The notes under the pieces are model-generated. The model was not told the origin of the DNA. It saw nothing but the letters and a program-made list of their open reading frames with translations, and searched no databases. From Nemertoderma westbladi (taxonomy: Eukaryota; Animalia; Xenacoelomorpha), in assembly GCA_032718475.1 (NCBI GenBank), contig JAUCBJ010007464.1, positions 1 to 38,726 of the forward strand: a stretch of DNA of 38,726 nt, given 5' to 3'. The translations under genes were made by a program, and so were the position numbers. Position 1 is the stretch's first letter. Every line of letters starts with the position of its first letter. Positions 22,520 through 35,000 of the stretch are shown here, piece after piece.

Positions 22520-25300
22520 CCATCGAAATGTAGTAGGCATCCATGCTATCAGTTTCAGACCCAGACAGACCCAGTCAACGCTCCAATGTGGAAACGAATA
22601 CTGTATAAGTTTGACGATAATGCTATGGAGTCACATAGTTTAAAAATTGTCTCCAAGTTTAGCCAGCGAGCAGTCCAGTTTTTTCTCGTGAAAAACGTGT
22701 GATAGGTAAGCAATCGACTTGATGCACTCTGAATAGGATGTTTTTTGGTTCGAACGTTTGAAGCCAAGGAAGTATAGTTTACAGGATTCCGGTAGTATGT
22801 GTCCGGCCGCACTAATATGAGAGGGAGTCTCGCTTGTTAGTGTTTTTCCCCAGCACATCCATTTCGATTTACCTTGTTCTATTTCCAAGTTAAGCCGCTT
22901 GCACTGCTCATTCACAATGATAGCCATTCTCTCAATGTCCTTGGCAGAAGTGCTCATAATTCTGCATATGCAGAAAGTCATCTGCATATGCTAGTGCGCC
23001 AAGCCAGATGTCATTCACTCTGCATCCCAGGTTAGCAGATTGAAGCTCTTCCATAATGGCCCCTGTGTAAAAATTAAACAACCAGCTGGATAATAATGAT
23101 CCTTGTAGCCCTTGTAATGATCCTTGTATAACTCCTCTTAGGATCTTGATGACTTCTCATTTATGTCCGTATCCATTAGGTTGCCAAACTTAAGAAAGAC
23201 TTCACTGATTGAGTAATAGTGCATAAGAGTCAGGAGTACTGTATGTGTGGGTTCGCGACTTTGATTGAGTAATAGTGCATAAGTGTCAGGAGTACTGTAT
23301 GTGTGGGTTCGCGACTTTGATTGAGTAATAGTGCATAAGTGTCAGGAGTACTGTATGTGTGGGTTCGCGACTTTGATTGAGTAATAGTGCATAAGTGTCA
23401 GGAGTACTGTATGTGTGGGTTCGCGACTTTGATTGAGTAATAGTGCATAAGTGTCAGGAGTACTGTATGTGTGGGTTCGCGACTTTGATTGAGTAATAGT
23501 GCATAAGTGTCAGGAGTACTGTATGTGTGGGTTCGCGACTTTGATTGAGTAATAGTGCATAAGTGTCAGGAGTACTGTATGTGTGGGTTCGCGACTTTGA
23601 TTGAGTAATAGTGCATAAGTGTCAGGAGTACTGTATGTGTGGGTTCGCGACTTTGATTGAGTAATAGTGCATAAGTGTCAGGAGTACTGTATGTGTGGGT
23701 TCGCGACTTTGATTGAGTAATAGTGCATAAGTGTCAGGAGTACTGTATGTGTGGGTTCGCGACTTTGATTGAGTAATAGTGCATAAGTGTCAGGAGTACT
23801 GTATGTGTGGGTTCGCGACTTTGATTGAGTAATAGTGCATAAGTGTCAGGAGTACTGTATGTGTGGGTTCGCGACTTTGATTGAGTAATAGTGCATAAGT
23901 GTCAGGAGTACTGTATGTGTGGGTTCGCGACTTTGATTGAGTAATAGTGCATAAGTGTCAGGAGTACTGTATGTGTGGGTTCGCGACTTTGATTGAGTAA
24001 TAGTGCATAAGTGTCAGGAGTACTGTATGTGTGGGTTCGCGACTTTGATTGAGTAATAGTGCATAAGTGTCAGGAGTACTGTATGTGTGGGTTCGCGACT
24101 TTGATTGAGTAATAGTGCATAAGTGTCAGGAGTACTGTATGTGTGGGTTCGCGACTTTGATTGAGTAATAGTGCATAAGTGTCAGGAGTACTGTATGTGT
24201 GGGTTCGCGACTTTGATTGAGTAATAGTGCATAAGTGTCAGGAGTACTGTATGTGTGGGTTCGCGACTTTGATTGAGTAATAGTGCATAAGTGTCAGGAG
24301 TACTGTATGTGTGGGTTCGCGACTTTGATTGAGTAATAGTGCATAAGTGTCAGGAGTACTGTATGTGTGGGTTCGCGACTTTGATTGAGTAATAGTGCAT
24401 AAGTGTCAGGAGTACTGTATGTGTGGGTTCGCGACTTTGATTGAGTAATAGTGCATAAGTGTCAGGAGTACTGTATGTGTGGGTTCGCGACTTTGATTGA
24501 GTAATAGTGCATAAGTGTCAGGAGTACTGTATGTGTGGGTTCGCGACTTTGATTGAGTAATAGTGCATAAGTGTCAGGAGTACTGTATGTGTGGGTTCGC
24601 GACTTTGATTGAGTAATAGTGCATAAGTGTCAGGAGTACTGTATGTGTGGGTTCGCGACTTTGATTGAGTAATAGTGCATAAGTGTCAGGAGTACTGTAT
24701 GTGTGGGTTCGCGACTTTGATTGAGTAATAGTGCATAAGTGTCAGGAGTACTGTATGTGTGGGTTCGCGACTTTGATTGAGTAATAGTGCATAAGTGTCA
24801 GGAGTACTGTATGTGTGGGTTCGCGACTTTGATTGAGTAATAGTGCATAAGTGTCAGGAGTAAACTGTATGTGTGGGTTCGCGACTTTTTGTAGCTTAGT
24901 GAAAAGTAAAGAGTTACCAACATTATGTCAAAGGCTGAGGCAAGATCTAGTTGTAAAATATATACTGGTGATCCACTGCGCTTATAATACTGCAGACACT
25001 CCAAGACAGAACCAATTACCAAATCTGTCCCCATATATTGTTGATACGCAACTTGGTTAGGGTGGGGTCTAATATGTTGGTCAATATATTCAGAGATAGT
25101 GAGTTGTTCAAAAACCTTAGCAAGCAGTGATATTATCGACACAGGCCGGTAGGAGTTAGGGTCATAGTGAGTGCGCTGCTTACCTTTGTGCACACTGGTA
25201 ACTATTGTTTTCCCAAAAACTGTGGGGACAATGTGTAGTCTGAAGCACGTATTGAAAATTAGGCATAGGAAAGGACAAACAATATTGCCGCCACCGCTGG
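22520..25300 (-). mobile_element. decayed non-LTR retrotransposon RT (RTE-X-like), interrupted by a satellite
   Basis: Minus strand: LIFNTCF..VP, HKGK, DPNSYRPVSIISLLAKVFE, QVAYQ, LDLASAFD | array | RGVIQGS.LSSWLFNFY, LGCRVNDIWLGALAYADD (YADD 22977-22988); several frameshifts. Confidence 0.88.
23207..24888. repeat. 56-bp tandem satellite, 30 copies
   Basis: Unit GATTGAGTAATAGTGCATAAGTGTCAGGAGTACTGTATGTGTGGGTTCGCGACTTT; first unit at 23207, last at 24831 (29x56 apart); I saw variants only in the first (one substitution) and last (+2 nt) copies. Confidence 0.98.
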
Positions 25301-26627
25301 TAATTTACTGCTTTGTACCGTTGTTCATTGTTTATTTGGTAATATTATTACTCGATGTTTATATTTGGAGAACACATACGTAATCGATAATATCAACTAA
25401 CTTTCTTTATTATTAAGAGGTAAGCAGAAGGGAAGATCGAGTAACTATTTCGGTTCAAATTAAAGTGGTTTGTGTGATATTTATGCTATTTCATAATACC
25501 AACGTGAGTGAGCTGAAATTCTCCTTATACATGAGCAAAATTAGTCTGAGTCAGTAAATCAGTGTATTCCCATAATGACCGAGTGAGTGAGTGTGAGTAC
25601 ATAATACTACATCCCTAAAGGATGTAAATAACAGTGGCTCTATTAAATAATCTGTTGTAGTTATCGTTGTTGTCACCAGAAGTTTGACTGTTTTCCTGTG
25701 ACTTGCCATAGTGATATGCGGAGCTGAAACTTGGTAGAATTACTTTTAGGACTGCGATCTAATGTTATTCACATTCTTTGTGGACATTTATGATAATGGG
25801 CAACCATTTGTTTGAGTGTGGCTGACTGTTGTCATCTTTTTTAGGTGTTGTCACAAATTCCACCTATCCCAGTTTGCATGTTTACAGCCGCCAGACATGG
25901 CCTGCAAGCCGGATAAATATTTCTGAATATTTGCCAGATACATTTTTCCTGGGCAGTCAGATAACTGTGATTTCTACCTGATGACACTGGTTCAGAACTT
26001 CGGTAGAGGTGATGTGGCATTGAGGCCCTTTTATTCCATAACAGACCAACAACCAATCAGAGGCTGCCATTATACAGAACAACGGCCAAACACAGAATTT
26101 GGAAAGTGAAAAACACGTTTCATTGGTTTATGAGTTCGCGAATGGATTACAAACAGAGGAAGTATAGTAGGCCTAGAGTGCGGTTTGAGCGGCAATTCAA
26201 ATAGTTTATGAAGAACGCATAATTCAAATATTTCCCGTGTGCAAAGCCAAATTAATATATCTAATAGTGGGGAACACCATTTTGGTCCAAAATATTATGA
26301 AATTATGGCCCATGTGAAGAATTCCAGGTTTTCACCAAAAACACAGGTTACAGAAGGGCTGAATCTAACCAAAACAATAAACGAATTAGTATATGTACAG
26401 CTTATAAGACAGAAATTAGCGCTATAAAACACTTTAAAAATATAAATAATCTTCATATATAAAATTCCAATAAAAAGTTCACCGAAAAGTGAAATCCTGG
26501 TATTCATCAAATGGGCGGAAATTATTTTTATGATCGCTTTTACTGCATGTTTAAATGGTGTTTCCAAATCTGAAAACCGCTATTTAATAGCTCTTTTAGT
26601 TTTCAAGTTATAACAATTTCCATTTAA

Positions 26628-27629
26628 TAGGCGAGTCAATCTAGCCGAAAAAGGGGGTCAACCCATAACAATTCGCAATTCACCCAAACCAATTTTTTTT
26701 TATTCTACATTGCCTTGTTAATACCCCCAAAAAAAGTCAATAAAGATATATTATACGGAACACTTTCAATTTGCTGTTTCTTTCCTTAGCAACATGGATT
26801 TTACATAGCAACAAGGGGTCTAGTGGTGGGATTTTTTCCAAATTTGGTACAGACAAACTTAACTCCAATGACTATCGATTGACAGAAGTATGCACTTCTA
26901 TATAGTTACCAATTTAGTTTCCAGAGCAACGGAAATTTGTCTAATAATTTAACCATTTTTAATACAAATTTTGCTGGTACAATATAAGGACCTTATTTAC
27001 ACAACTTATCTACTAAACGGGTGGATGTAACCTCGCCCATCGGATTTATCGACCTCAAAAACCCTTATCCCCAAAAAATTTATTTGTTATATGATAAACT
27101 ATTGTGATTTTCAAACTAAAACAAATAAATAAATTACACCTAAAATCAATGGAGCAATCACAATTTAAGTATATGAAAAATCTTCACTAACATTAATGGA
27201 AATTAAGAAATTTCCTTGTAGTGGAAATGTATAATTATTTTACAACAGTTACCTTAAAATATATCGTAAAATTTTTGATATATTTAAAAATTGGAGGCGA
27301 CTTCTACAGTAGTTTCCGAGATATAGCAATTAATGTGTAACACGCCAGTGTAAATATTACTAATTTCCCATTTAATCACAGCTTATTGTGAAATTAATTA
27401 AATTATTCTGGAACATCACCAATTTGCTGCTTACTTTTCCCTTCTGCTCCTTTTGTTTGGCTTGTGTTATGCAAATCTACGCAGAATTTCCATGAATAAA
27501 CATATGATCCGCAAAATAAAATTTTATAGACTTTTTTTTGGTCATTAATTAGGTAATGCAGAATCCAAAATGTGTGGTTCGGATTGATTGCGAAATACTT
27601 ATGGGTTTTTTGCTAGATTGACTCGACTA
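26628..27629. mobile_element. Academ-like non-autonomous element
   Basis: TIR TAGGCGAGTCAATCTAGC / GCTAGATTGACTCGACTA (1 mismatch, extends imperfectly inward); TAG..CTA termini; 3-bp TAA duplication. Confidence 0.7.
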
Positions 27630-28454
27630 TAAGGAATCCTATTGAAATTACTATTACTATATATAATGAAAGGTCGATTATCTCCAAATATTTTTTTAAT
27701 TAAATTGTCAACTTCAAAACCCTACTACTTCTACAATTTTTGAGTAATTAGTCTGAAAATTTATGCGGGTGTCTACATAGCCTCTCTGCATAAAAGTATC
27801 AGACAACTTTTTGAAATTTTTTGTTAATAAAATGTAATTATATTTATAACAAACCTAAAAAATTCGCGTAAATTTGCAACGCCACCTAGCGGTGCAGAAT
27901 TATTTTCACAATATTTAACCTGATAGTTATGTTGCCCCATCTTTGATCTATCATATAAAAAAAACTTTCATGTGATTATATTAAAAACTCTAGAAGCCTT
28001 AGGGTTTTAAGCGCAACCAAGAGAAACTAGTATTATCTAATATTAAATAGCGAAAAATAAAAGTTTTCTGACCTGTCATGTAGAATGACAGCTTCTTAGA
28101 TAAATTCTTAATTCCAAATCCAAATTATAACCAAAACCAATCAATTTTGAAACGCTGAGAGAGATAAATTGAAGAGTTGTCCAAAAATGGAGTACCCCAA
28201 CCCCCCCCCCCCCCCCCCCCCCCCTCCCCCTCTTAAAGGATATAAGGGACAAAAAATACACGTAGGCCTACGATTTTATAAGGTTGACTAGACTAGGCCT
28301 ACCATTTTACCCCGTTCGGGGGTGTACCTACAGTATTACGGTACTGTAAGTCTATCAAATGTGCAATGTAAACTAATAATATAGCAGACTACCAGTTGGA
28401 AGTGGTTGAAACCGGCAGATTAGAAGCCTAGCTTCATAGCTTAGAATTGGATGG

Positions 28455-29957
28455 ATGGATATAGATGAATTCTACCGCATAAAGAGTAGGAGTGGAAGTG
28501 GCTGGTCCTGGTATCAAATCCTAGTTGTACTAACTATGGCATTACTCCACATTCCCACCGCTCTGCAATCCTGTATTCTAGTATATGCAGGTGAGGTCCC
28601 TAGTACAGCGGATTGCGCAGTAAAGGGCAGAGCAACTCGGACGTTAGTAGCAACCGATATATGTAGAACATCGGACTGCGATTCGATCAACTACGGTCCC
28701 GAGTTCACCAGCATCGCCACGGAATGGAATTTAATCTGCGAACAGGCCTATAAAACCGGCGCGGCTACCAGCATCTATATGTTGGGACAACTAATTGGCG
28801 CGATCGTATTGGGCTGGTGTAGCGACCGTTACGGTAGACGTGTAACAGTTTACGCCAGTCTGTGCCTATTCACTACGGCAGCTTTGGCCTCCGCGTTTGC
28901 CCCGAGCTATTCCACCTTCGCAGTTCTCCGATTTATTGTCGGCTTATCTGCCGGTGGTCTCATCATATCCTCCTATGTTCTCTGCTGTGAGTCAGTTGGT
29001 TCTTCCTGGCGAGCTGTCGCAGGGACTACAGTCCATCTATCATCCTCTTTCGGTTTAGCAACACTAGCGGGTTTAGCCTACGCGTATCGCTCTTGGCGCC
29101 ATCTAGCGTTAGCAGCTGGATTCCCCGGGCTCCTGCTATTGGCTACCGTTGTCTACGTTCCAGAATCGCCTCGGTGGTTAATTTCGCGCGACCGATACAG
29201 AGAAGCTGAAGTCGTGTTGAACCGATTCGTGGGTTCGACCGGTATGAGACTAACGGAACGCAGAATTTCCGACAAGCGTTCCACCCGTTCCACACCTCTA
29301 GTATTCCTGCGCCATCCAACTCTGCGTTTACGCTTCCTCGTTGCCTCTTTCCGTTGGTCTGTCTGCGCTCTTGTATACTTCGGCATTACGTTAAATATTA
29401 AGAGCCTTCCGGGCGATAAATACACTAGTTTCGTGTTGTTAGCTCTAGTAGAATTACCTTCGGTTTTTCTACCACTAATTTTAGACAGAATTGGCCGACG
29501 CCTACCCCTGATTATTTCATTCCTTGTCAGCGGTTTATGCTGCTTCGTCTTCCCTTTTATTCCCCCTATTGCCCATCGCAATCTCTTTGTAACATGTTTA
29601 GCTCTTCTTGGTAAACTCGCTATCACATTTGCCTTCAGTATCGTTTACATATACGACTCAGAATTGTTCCCTACTAACCTACGTAGCCAGGCACTAGGTG
29701 CGTGTAACACGGTGTCCCGTCTGGGTTCCATTCTGGCCCCTTTCGCTGTCACTATGGGCAACGCGTTCGGTCCTCATTCCCCCTACTTATTATTCGCATG
29801 TCTCGCTTGCGCTGCCGCCGCCTTTAGTTTGTTACTGCCCGATACAGTCGGTCGTAGAATCCCAGATAGTGTAGCAGAGATGGACAATCTTATGGAAAAC
29901 TTCACGATAAACCCACCCAATCGAAAAATACCTTTAAGTGAAAACGCATTTTTATAA
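28455..29957 (+). CDS. SLC22-family organic cation/zwitterion MFS transporter (SLC22A15-like), intronless
   Basis: 500-aa ORF with about 12 hydrophobic segments; FTSIATEWNLIC, SDRYGRR, PESPRWL, DRIGRR, ELFPT and LPDT motifs. Confidence 0.95.
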   Translation: MDIDEFYRIKSRSGSGWSWYQILVVLTMALLHIPTALQSCILVYAGEVPSTADCAVKGRATRTLVATDICRTSDCDSINYGPEFTSIATEWNLICEQAYKTGAATSIYMLGQLIGAIVLGWCSDRYGRRVTVYASLCLFTTAALASAFAPSYSTFAVLRFIVGLSAGGLIISSYVLCCESVGSSWRAVAGTTVHLSSSFGLATLAGLAYAYRSWRHLALAAGFPGLLLLATVVYVPESPRWLISRDRYREAEVVLNRFVGSTGMRLTERRISDKRSTRSTPLVFLRHPTLRLRFLVASFRWSVCALVYFGITLNIKSLPGDKYTSFVLLALVELPSVFLPLILDRIGRRLPLIISFLVSGLCCFVFPFIPPIAHRNLFVTCLALLGKLAITFAFSIVYIYDSELFPTNLRSQALGACNTVSRLGSILAPFAVTMGNAFGPHSPYLLFACLACAAAAFSLLLPDTVGRRIPDSVAEMDNLMENFTINPPNRKIPLSENAFL

Positions 29958-30045
29958 TATTGATGGGAAACGATAGGCCTACCCTAAATTTTTTAAATTA
30001 AATTATTTTTTGTTTAATTTACGTAGTGTGCAATGGAATTCCAGT

Positions 30046-30051
30046 AATAAA
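30046..30051 (+). promoter_or_regulatory. candidate polyadenylation signal of the SLC22 gene
   Basis: AATAAA about 90 bp after the stop codon; AT-rich context limits specificity. Confidence 0.45.
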
Positions 30052-30080
30052 TACAAATTGAAATTAGACATACTTAATAT

Positions 30081-30621
30081 CAGTGCTGCTCAACTAGTTG
30101 AAAGTTATACTCTTTAAGTTGTCATTTAATGTTATTTACTAAAACGTGGTTTTATTTAACTTATCACTGCGAATTTAGTTAGTTAACGGCGTTTTTATTT
30201 TAAATAGTTGACTTTTAACTAAAATCTAACTAAATTCCAAAAGCTGAAAGCAGGATCCCTCAGGCCAGTGGACCTAATACGTTTCAAATTTAGTTATTTT
30301 CTACAAACGGTGCAAAGCTGCTAAATTCATGACAGCTAATTATAGGTTAAATTCATTACATAATGTTAACATAGTGCTAATTATATGAAAAGTCATTCAA
30401 CTCAATATAGTTTGTGAGGTGTTGCACGGAAATAGCAACCGTTGCTATGGTTACCTGAATTATTCAAAATTTTGGTATTTAGTTTAAAATTTTAGTTGAA
30501 TTTTCAACTATTATTTAACTGAACACCTCAAAATTAGTTGAAATAATTAGTTAACTTGTCATTTATATTTATTTATTTGGGTTTAGTTAATTTGTCACTA
30601 CAAAACTGTTGAACAGCACTT
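30081..30621. mobile_element. degenerate hAT-type MITE
   Basis: CAGTGCTGCTCAAC / GTTGAACAGCACTT; flanks CTTAATAT / ATGAATAT (6 of 8 match); repeated TTAGTT subterminal motifs. Confidence 0.6.
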
Positions 30622-31082
30622 ATGAATATAGTGTTAATGTGTCATGGGGATGTGCTGTTTTACATATTCGACCTATAATTTATTGTGCCACGAATATTTC
30701 TTCAATATCCATCCTCAAATTGAGAGATGGGGGGGGGGGGTGGAGGGATAATAGCAGCATGATATTCTAACCAAAACAATAAACGAAAGTCAATAGTTGG
30801 TTGTTTTATTTTTAAATATCTCTCCTTTGGCTGTCCAGATTCGTTTAGGCCTACTCCATCCATATTATTTGATTATTGTGTCCGACAACCGGAACCTTAC
30901 CCTTCCCAAACCCACACATATATTATACGAGTACCACGGGTTTCCCACCCAAGCCTAATGTTTGTACTGTAGGGGTAATTACTGTAGCGTTTGTACTGTA
31001 GGTGTAGGTAAGATCACGGACTGACTAGTTACAGGGCACACGGGGGGGGGGGGGGGGGTTGGGCTGCAGTGATTTCCAGGAA

Positions 31083-31838
31083 TGTTAGTATTAGGTTACT
31101 ACGTACGCCTTCCACCAAGTCAACTCTCAAGGTATCAATACAGACATGGGACTAGGTAGATTACAAACGAGGTATACAAGAGCACGTGATTGGGGATAGG
31201 TTGGCCGCCAGGCCACACCTGTAGCAAGACAGAGGTAGCAGGGAGATGGGATATTAGCTTTACCAGAGATAGGAATGTACAATTAGGCGGTCAATATGTA
31301 CTACATTATGTAGTACGTATTTATTGTTATATTGGGGGGGGTTTCAGTAGGTTTTAGTTTTAGGTAGTAGGATTATGTACTTAATTAGGGTTTTGCTACG
31401 TACGGGTGCCAGGCTGGGGTCTTAAACCCCAGTCTGGCTCATTACTAGGGAATATTCATCCGCGCTACCGGGGTACATTAGACACAGATTAGCAATATTG
31501 GTTCAGTTGGTTTGGTGACAAGAGTGGAAGGTGATATCGTTGTTTTATGGCACAGTTCTTTAGTAGTACAGATTCCTTATTCATTTTACGTATTCACTTA
31601 TATTATTTTATCTTTTGTAAATGCATCTGATTTATTGTTTGTTATCTGTTTATATTCTGTCTATATTCTGTATTACTATGGTGCTGTGTAGGGATCGGCC
31701 TGCACAGACACCACACTGGAGCGTTTAGTTATCAGTTTCCTTTCCACCGGACGGGCGGGTTACCTGATTTGGGCGGTTCAGTGGGGAACTCATCATTACG
31801 TGATATTTACGCCACTACACCAACCCAAAAATAAAACA
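31083..31838 (+). mobile_element. putative 5' LTR of the BEL/Pao element
   Basis: TGTT...AACA termini directly upstream of gag; the start could instead be 30959; the 3' LTR is outside the window, so boundaries are unverified. Confidence 0.45.
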
Positions 31839-32020
31839 ACGTCACGAGTGGGGGCTGTCTCAGAAAACGACAGCCTCGATAACGACACGACAAAGACCCG
31901 CGACGCGGCTTCCCGCGAACCGGTAGAGTGGCCTTAAAAAACTGTAAGATAGGCCAAAAAAGTATTCCATTATTCCGTAACTCAGACCTGTCGGTCCCTC
32001 CATAGGCTACCGTACCTAGG

Positions 32021-35000
32021 ATGTCAGACAGTCTACTTTCTGGCAGTCAGCCAGCGACGGCACCTGGCCAGGTTGAACCCGGGGTTCGACCCGCCACTGG
32101 CGGGGCAGCAATGGCTGCCCCAGCTACAGCCTCGAGTCCCTTCTTGGACTTGAGCAACCCGGTATCGGGGCGCGGCAGCCCCGTGGGCCCGAGCTCCCGG
32201 GAATCCCCGCCTATCCCGTCGACGGAAGAATCCGTCGGGCGGCCGGCCGGGACCACGACACCCGATGAAACACGGACGTGGATAGACGAGTTAATCACGG
32301 CAACGACGCAGTCACTCCCGACTGAGTTACCACAACGAGGAGAACCGCCATCACCTCCCGCCGGTCCGGCACGGTTCCCAGAGGAACACCAACGCCGGGA
32401 GAGATCGAGATCACCTCCCTCCAGACCGGAGCCGGCGATAGATGACGACAAGGGAAGCGGGGTGGACCCAGACCGGGAACCCTCGCAATTAATCCCAGCA
32501 CTACCCAAACATCCAGCCCGAGGACGCTCGCGAGAAAGAGGCGATCGGACGAACCCGATGGGACGGCCCAACGGGACAACGAACCGGAGGAAGCTCCGTT
32601 CTTCCTCGGACCCCAACCGGCCCCCAGCGCAGCTTGACACAGGGGTGATCGAGCGAGCGGGGCGACAGTTTCGATTACAGCGAAGACGATTGGAGACCTG
32701 GGCGACTGCCGGACGACCGGATATCGACCTGGCGGCAGCCCTAGAAGTAGTCAACGATTACCTCAGGATTCTTGGAGAGCAAGGCGCCGAGGAGGAAGCC
32801 AAACACTGGGAGACGGACATCGGGGGAATATTGGACGATGCGTTTGATAAATGTTTATTCAATCAACAGGTAAGGGTGGGAAACATTTTTATAGGGATAC
32901 CCAGCCAGCCACAAAACGGCTGGACTGGCATAACCCTAGCCGGTGACGGCATAGACCAGGATGAGATACAACCTGGGGACAGTGCGAGTCAGCCGCGTGG
33001 TTCAAATTCGAACGCGTCTGACTCCATTCAAAACCGAGTGGAGTATGAAGAGGCTCTCTTTGAGATGGAAAGGCTCGACCGAGAGGAAACTCTTGAGCGA
33101 GAATTAATGAACCAAAAACTTGAATGTGAGAGGGTTGCGAGTGAGACGGCCCAGAGAGCGAGTGAGACGGCCCAGAGAGTGATTGAGGCGGCCCAACGAG
33201 CGAATAGGGAGGCCGATGAGGCGGCCCAACGAGCGAATAGGGAGGCCGATGAGGCGGCCCGACGAGCGGACCGCGAGGAGATAGCGAGAGAGAAATTGCG
33301 GGCTGATAATAAAGTGAGAGATGAGGCGCGTTTATTAGCGATACGTAAGTTAGCGATGGCGCAAGCGCGCGGGGTGAAGGGGGGCTCCACTGCGGGTATC
33401 GGTGTGGGGTCCAGAGTGAGCAATAACAGTGTACGCTCAGCGAGAGCGAGTCCGGGCCGACGAACTAGCGAACTGAGCAGACCCGCCTCGGTAATAGGGC
33501 TCCATAAGGGCCCAGCTCATCCGGCTAGAAAACAGCCGGTTGGGCCGGGTGAAGCCCGTGTGACAGGGAGTGGTGAATTTGGGGGTGTACCGGTAGGAGT
33601 AGCTGCAGCAACTATAGCACCCACAGTAAGTACCCCACCGATAGTTGTAGTACCTACGGTAGTAACTACACACACCACTACACCTACTATAAGCACTACA
33701 CCTAATATAATTCCCACAGTTATAAGAGGAACGAGTTTTTACGGCGGCCCGGGTATTTTTACGGGTCCGCCTCCGCCTGGTGCTACCAGGAAGGGCGGCC
33801 CGGGTATTTTTACGGGTCCGCCTCCGCCTGGCGCAGCCAGGATCACAGCGATACAGGAGCTGCCTCCGGCTGCCATGAAACCTCCCCAGGTAGCGCCGGC
33901 CGTAGTGGTCGTCGATACCGACGAGGTAAACGAACCGAGAGGAACAGCAATGTATTACCCCACCCAGAATCGGGGTGGGCTCCCAGCAGAGGAGGCGACA
34001 CAGGGGGAGCGAGAAGGACAGCTCCAGGTTGGACAGGGGGAGCCCGCAGTAGGGTTCCGAGTAACACAGGGGGAGGTAGACACCGCCTCCACACACACAC
34101 AGAGCCACGCCTCGAGGGAGGCGGACCACCAGGGTTTAAGAGTGCTAACCTCCCTCAAACTTCTGCAAGATAATACTGGTAAGTTAATTATCGCAGAACA
34201 AGGGGAACAGGGAAGTTCCCCTACGGCGAACTCGAGGGGACTCCGAGTAGGGGCCCCAGAATTCGCGCCGGCGGTAGACAATACCGCCAGCCGGGGGAGA
34301 GTGAACAGACAGAGCGGGACCGTCGGCTTTGCACCGCGGACGGCCCCGACAATCAGTGAGACTGCAGCCCGAGCAGGGGACCTGCAGACGGACAGAGGGG
34401 ATGGACGGGAGTCGGCCTCCGAGAGGCCCGACGCAACCGCCCACAGGGGTAGGCCAGAGTCGAGGTATCTGGCGGAGCTCTGCAGAAAAGGGGGCTCACC
34501 GAGCCCCCCCCCCCCACGAACAACAATGCGTTCATTTGGAAATTCTGAATGGCCCCAACAGAATTCCATATATGAAAGTACAACTCACCCAGACCCTCCC
34601 CCTTCAGGGAGGCGAATGGGCGAGTCCCCAGCTAGAGAACAATACCCGGATTACCCACGGCCGGGAAGTCGGTTGGGTGAGCCGGGGTTTGAGCTACCTC
34701 CGCTTGCGTACCCTAACCCTACCAACGGTGTCGGACGGTATATAGACCCCTTCGGACCGTCGGAGGAGCCCACGTCAACACGGGCGGACTCATCACCGCG
34801 CGTGTACAATGACACAAACTCAACCCACGATAACGAGGCGGTTTCGACAGCGAAAATGCTCCACATTATACGTGAGCAGAATGAGCTGCCAAAATCCTTA
34901 GCCTTTAAATTCGATGGGAAACACCCCGAGGAATACATACAATTTCGGGCTCTGTTTTCCAACGAAATTCTAACAAAGGAAATGTCAGACACCCGCCGAC

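Noticed and set aside
23207-24888. CRISPR array
   Set aside because: Head-to-tail identical units with no unique spacers, no cas genes, and a eukaryotic context.
25650-26060. Possible exon or coding remnant
   Set aside because: The frames I read hit stops or lack recognisable motifs.
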